Positions 61,838 through 64,000 of a stretch of DNA of 64,000 nt are shown here, one piece after another (the first letter of the stretch is position 1; each line of letters starts with the position of its first letter). Under the pieces are notes generated by a model. That model was not told where the DNA came from and did no database searches. It saw only the letters and a list, made by a program, of their open reading frames with translations. Origin of the DNA: Fonticula alba ATCC 38817 (taxonomy: Eukaryota; Protista; Nucleariida); assembly GCA_000388065.2 (NCBI GenBank), contig KB932209.1, one strand, 5' to 3'. The position numbers and the translations under genes are program-made.

Positions 61838-61911
61838 GCGCGTATTCTGCGTCTCATCCTCCCCAGGGCTCAGTCCCTACCTTGTTGTGCTTGTTTCTAA
61901 TCGCCAAAAAG

Positions 61912-62231
61912 GTTCGTCTCCCTCCGCCGCGCGCGCGCCCCCTCTCCCCCCATGTCGGATGCAGCACGCATCCGCCCATGTCCCCCCCCTCTTTTGCCTC
62001 CCTCTCCTTTTTTTCCCGCCCGCTCGATGATGATCCCCTTGGAATTACCGTCTGAAACGCTGAAGACAACATATCTTTCTGGTTGGCCCCAGGTTTTTCT
62101 CAGAGCACATCCCTCCTTCCCCTCCCCCTTTCCTCGCCGCCTCGCCCCCCCTCCTCGCCTCTTGTCTCCCCTCTCCTCACACCCGGACACGCTCCCCTTG
62201 CCCCCCCCCCGCGCCCCACCTCACTCCCCAG
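61912..62231 (+). other. RPS2 5'UTR intron (snoRNA host)
   Basis: AAAAAG|GTTCGT donor, C-rich body, CTCCCCAG acceptor 12 nt before the ATG. Confidence 0.7.
62022..62106 (+). ncRNA. Box C/D snoRNA, snR77/SNORD65-like, predicted guide for 18S Um at the yeast U578 / human U627 site
   Basis: Box C ATGATGA 62027-62033; guide TTGGAATTACCGT 62039-62051 pairs with conserved 18S GCGGUAAUUCCAG (11 Watson-Crick pairs plus 2 terminal G-U); box D' CTGA 62052-62055; C'-like CTGAAGA 62060-62066; variant D box CAGA 62101-62104; short GCTC/GAGC terminal repeat. Confidence 0.85.
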
Positions 62232-62243
62232 GGTATATACAAC

Positions 62244-62492
62244 ATGTCTGGTGCTCCCGCCCCCGCTTCTGGTGCCCCCGCTCGCGGCTCTTTCGGCCGT
62301 GGCCGCGGCCGTGGCCGTGGTGCCCCCCGCAAGGCCAACCCCGAGGAGGCCGCTTGGGTCCCCGTTACCAAGCTCGGCCGCCTCGTGCACGATGGCAAGA
62401 TCACCTCCCTGGACCAGATCTTCCTGTTCTCCCTGCCCATCAAGGAGTACCAGATTGTCGATGCCTTCTTCAAGGCTTCCCCCCTCAAGGAT

Positions 62493-62524
<32 letters not shown>

Positions 62525-63032
62525 GACCCGTGCCGGTCAGCGCACTCGCTTCAAGGCCTTCGTCGTCGTCGGTGACTCCAAGGGCCACGTCGGTCTCGGC
62601 TGGAAGTGCGCCAAGGAGGTTGCCACCGCCATCCGTGGTGCCATGATCTCTGCCAAGCTCGCCATCTCCCCGGTCCGCATGGGCTACTGGGGTACCAAGC
62701 TCGGTGCCCCCCACACCGTCCCGGCCAAGGTCTCCTCCAAGGCCGGTTCCGTCATGTGCCGCCTGATCCCCGCCCCCCGTGGTGCTGGTCTCGTCGCCGC
62801 CGGTACCTCCAAGAAGGTCCTCCAGCTTGCCGGTATCGAGGATTGCTACACCTGCTCCACTGGTAAGACCCGCACTCTGGGTAACTTCGTCAAGGCCACC
62901 TTCGGTGCCATCCAGAAGACCTACTCCTTCCTCACCCCCGACCTGTGGGTCGACCAGCCCCTCATCAAGGCCCCGAACCAGCAGTTCTCCGACTACCTTG
63001 CCCAGAAGCACAACAAGGACAAGAAGTACTAA
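62244..63032 (+). CDS. RPS2: 40S ribosomal protein S2 (uS5), intron-free CDS
   Basis: N-terminal RG repeats, [73 protein letters not shown]. Confidence 0.99.
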
Positions 63033-64000
63033 GCGTCTTCTCTTGCCCTCTTTGTCTTTCTGCTGTGGCGGTGGTATGTGCGCGCCCTTGCGCGGCTTTC
63101 CTGCTCGTCACCCTCTCCACCGAGGCCTTGCCGTGGCACTGGAAGGGGCCTGAGAGAGAGAACCCCATCTCTCTCCTCCTTCTCGGTGTGTGTGTGGCTG
63201 GCTCCTCTGTGGATGGGGGGCGGGCATGCGCGCAGCTGTGCGTGTGCGAGTCGAGGTGTCGGGGGGGGGGGCATCCACGAGAGTGTCTGTCGTGTGTCAG
63301 CCTCTCTCGAGCTACCCCCCCCCCGTGTCCTTCTTCTGTTCCTCCTCCCGGTCGTCGGGGTGGGGTGGGAGAGGGCCCCTGTGTCTGCAGCGCCGCCCTC
63401 CAGGGCGGACCACGTGTTCCTCCCTGGTGTGTGTGTTTGCGCGCACACTCGAGCGCTCTCTCTGCCCCCTTTCCTCTCTCAGACAGACAAATACATTCTC
63501 CCTTTACCCAACAAAGGCTTCGATCTGTGTCGCGCGCGCGCCCGTATGTGTATGACCCCCGCCCCCGGGGGAGGTAGGGTGGGATGGTGGCGGCCTGGCG
63601 TGCTCTTTCAGTTTGCTTTTCCTGCGCGCCTCTGTGTGTCTGTTTTGCTTCCCGGGGTGCTTTTTTTTGGGCCGCCCCCATAGCCAGGGAAGGGGCGAAG
63701 GGGACTGGCGAGGGAGCACCCCTGTACTGAACGAAGGAAACCCGGCAGAGCCGCACGGCGCCGCGGTGGCAGCGCGCCTCCCCTTCTGGTCCCACAGATC
63801 GTGCCGGTTCTCCACGGACGCCAGTCATTAACTCAGGGTTAACTGGACCCGATGCGTTGGCATGCAATCGAGCGCCGGGCATCGGGACCTCAAGTGCAAC
63901 GTGTCTGCCGCGGGCGCGATGGCGGCCGCCTAAGGACCCCCCTCTGCTTGTCTCGCTCCGCCCCCCCTCCCACCTGTCCCCTTCCGTCCTCCTCTTGCCC

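Noticed and set aside
61009-63836. Recurrent TAACTCAG (29393, 61010, 63829) and one TGACTCA AP-1/Gcn4-like site (61071)
   Set aside because: Seven- to eight-nt motifs at this frequency cannot be distinguished from chance without a genome background.
1-64000. Hundreds of long overlapping ORFs in the track (e.g. 34986-36725 +, 33553-35415 -, 52993-54801 -, 42938-44881 +)
   Set aside because: Stop codons are rare at this GC content. These are antisense or off-frame shadows, or run through microsatellites and N gaps, and show no motifs.
1-64000. tRNA, rRNA, CRISPR arrays, transposases or LTR/TIR elements
   Set aside because: No T-loop/cloverleaf, rRNA core sequence, spaced direct repeats, or RT/transposase motifs were seen by eye; tRNAscan and RepeatMasker were not run.

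Overview
Intron-rich, very GC-rich eukaryotic genomic DNA with poly-C/poly-G, (CA)n and (CT)n tracts and nine N gaps. Gene content and style suggest a unicellular opisthokont, most likely Fonticula alba or a relative; this is an inference, not a database match. Most of the supplied ORF track is shadow ORFs or intron read-through, so I rebuilt spliced models by hand and checked splice phases. Left to right: the 3' part of GNL1/HSR1 GTPase (+); a tandem-PH protein (+); a giant RasGAP with four PH domains (+); mitochondrial-type TypA/BipA (+); a 64-aa two-exon membrane microprotein (-); a 5-kb single-exon low-complexity protein with a possible PX-like fold (+); a CCZ1/longin-like gene (-); a putative tail-anchored protein (-); a kinesin-6-like motor (+); a small hypothetical gene (-); a FYVE-armadillo protein (+); a signal-peptide/GPI APASGS-repeat surface protein with a TATA box (-); NOP10 (+, middle exon lost in a gap); and RPS2/uS5 (+). 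Best leads: (1) an intronic box C/D snoRNA in the RPS2 5'UTR intron whose guide matches the 18S site modified by yeast snR77 / human SNORD65; (2) a RasGAP whose N-terminal helices seem to lie downstream of the catalytic core (permutation or relic second domain); (3) a 5' splice-site consensus with C at +4 and no A at +4; (4) the microprotein (Mic12-like?); (5) the Cys-rich, repeat-split GPI surface protein. No tRNA, rRNA, CRISPR array or transposon was recognised.
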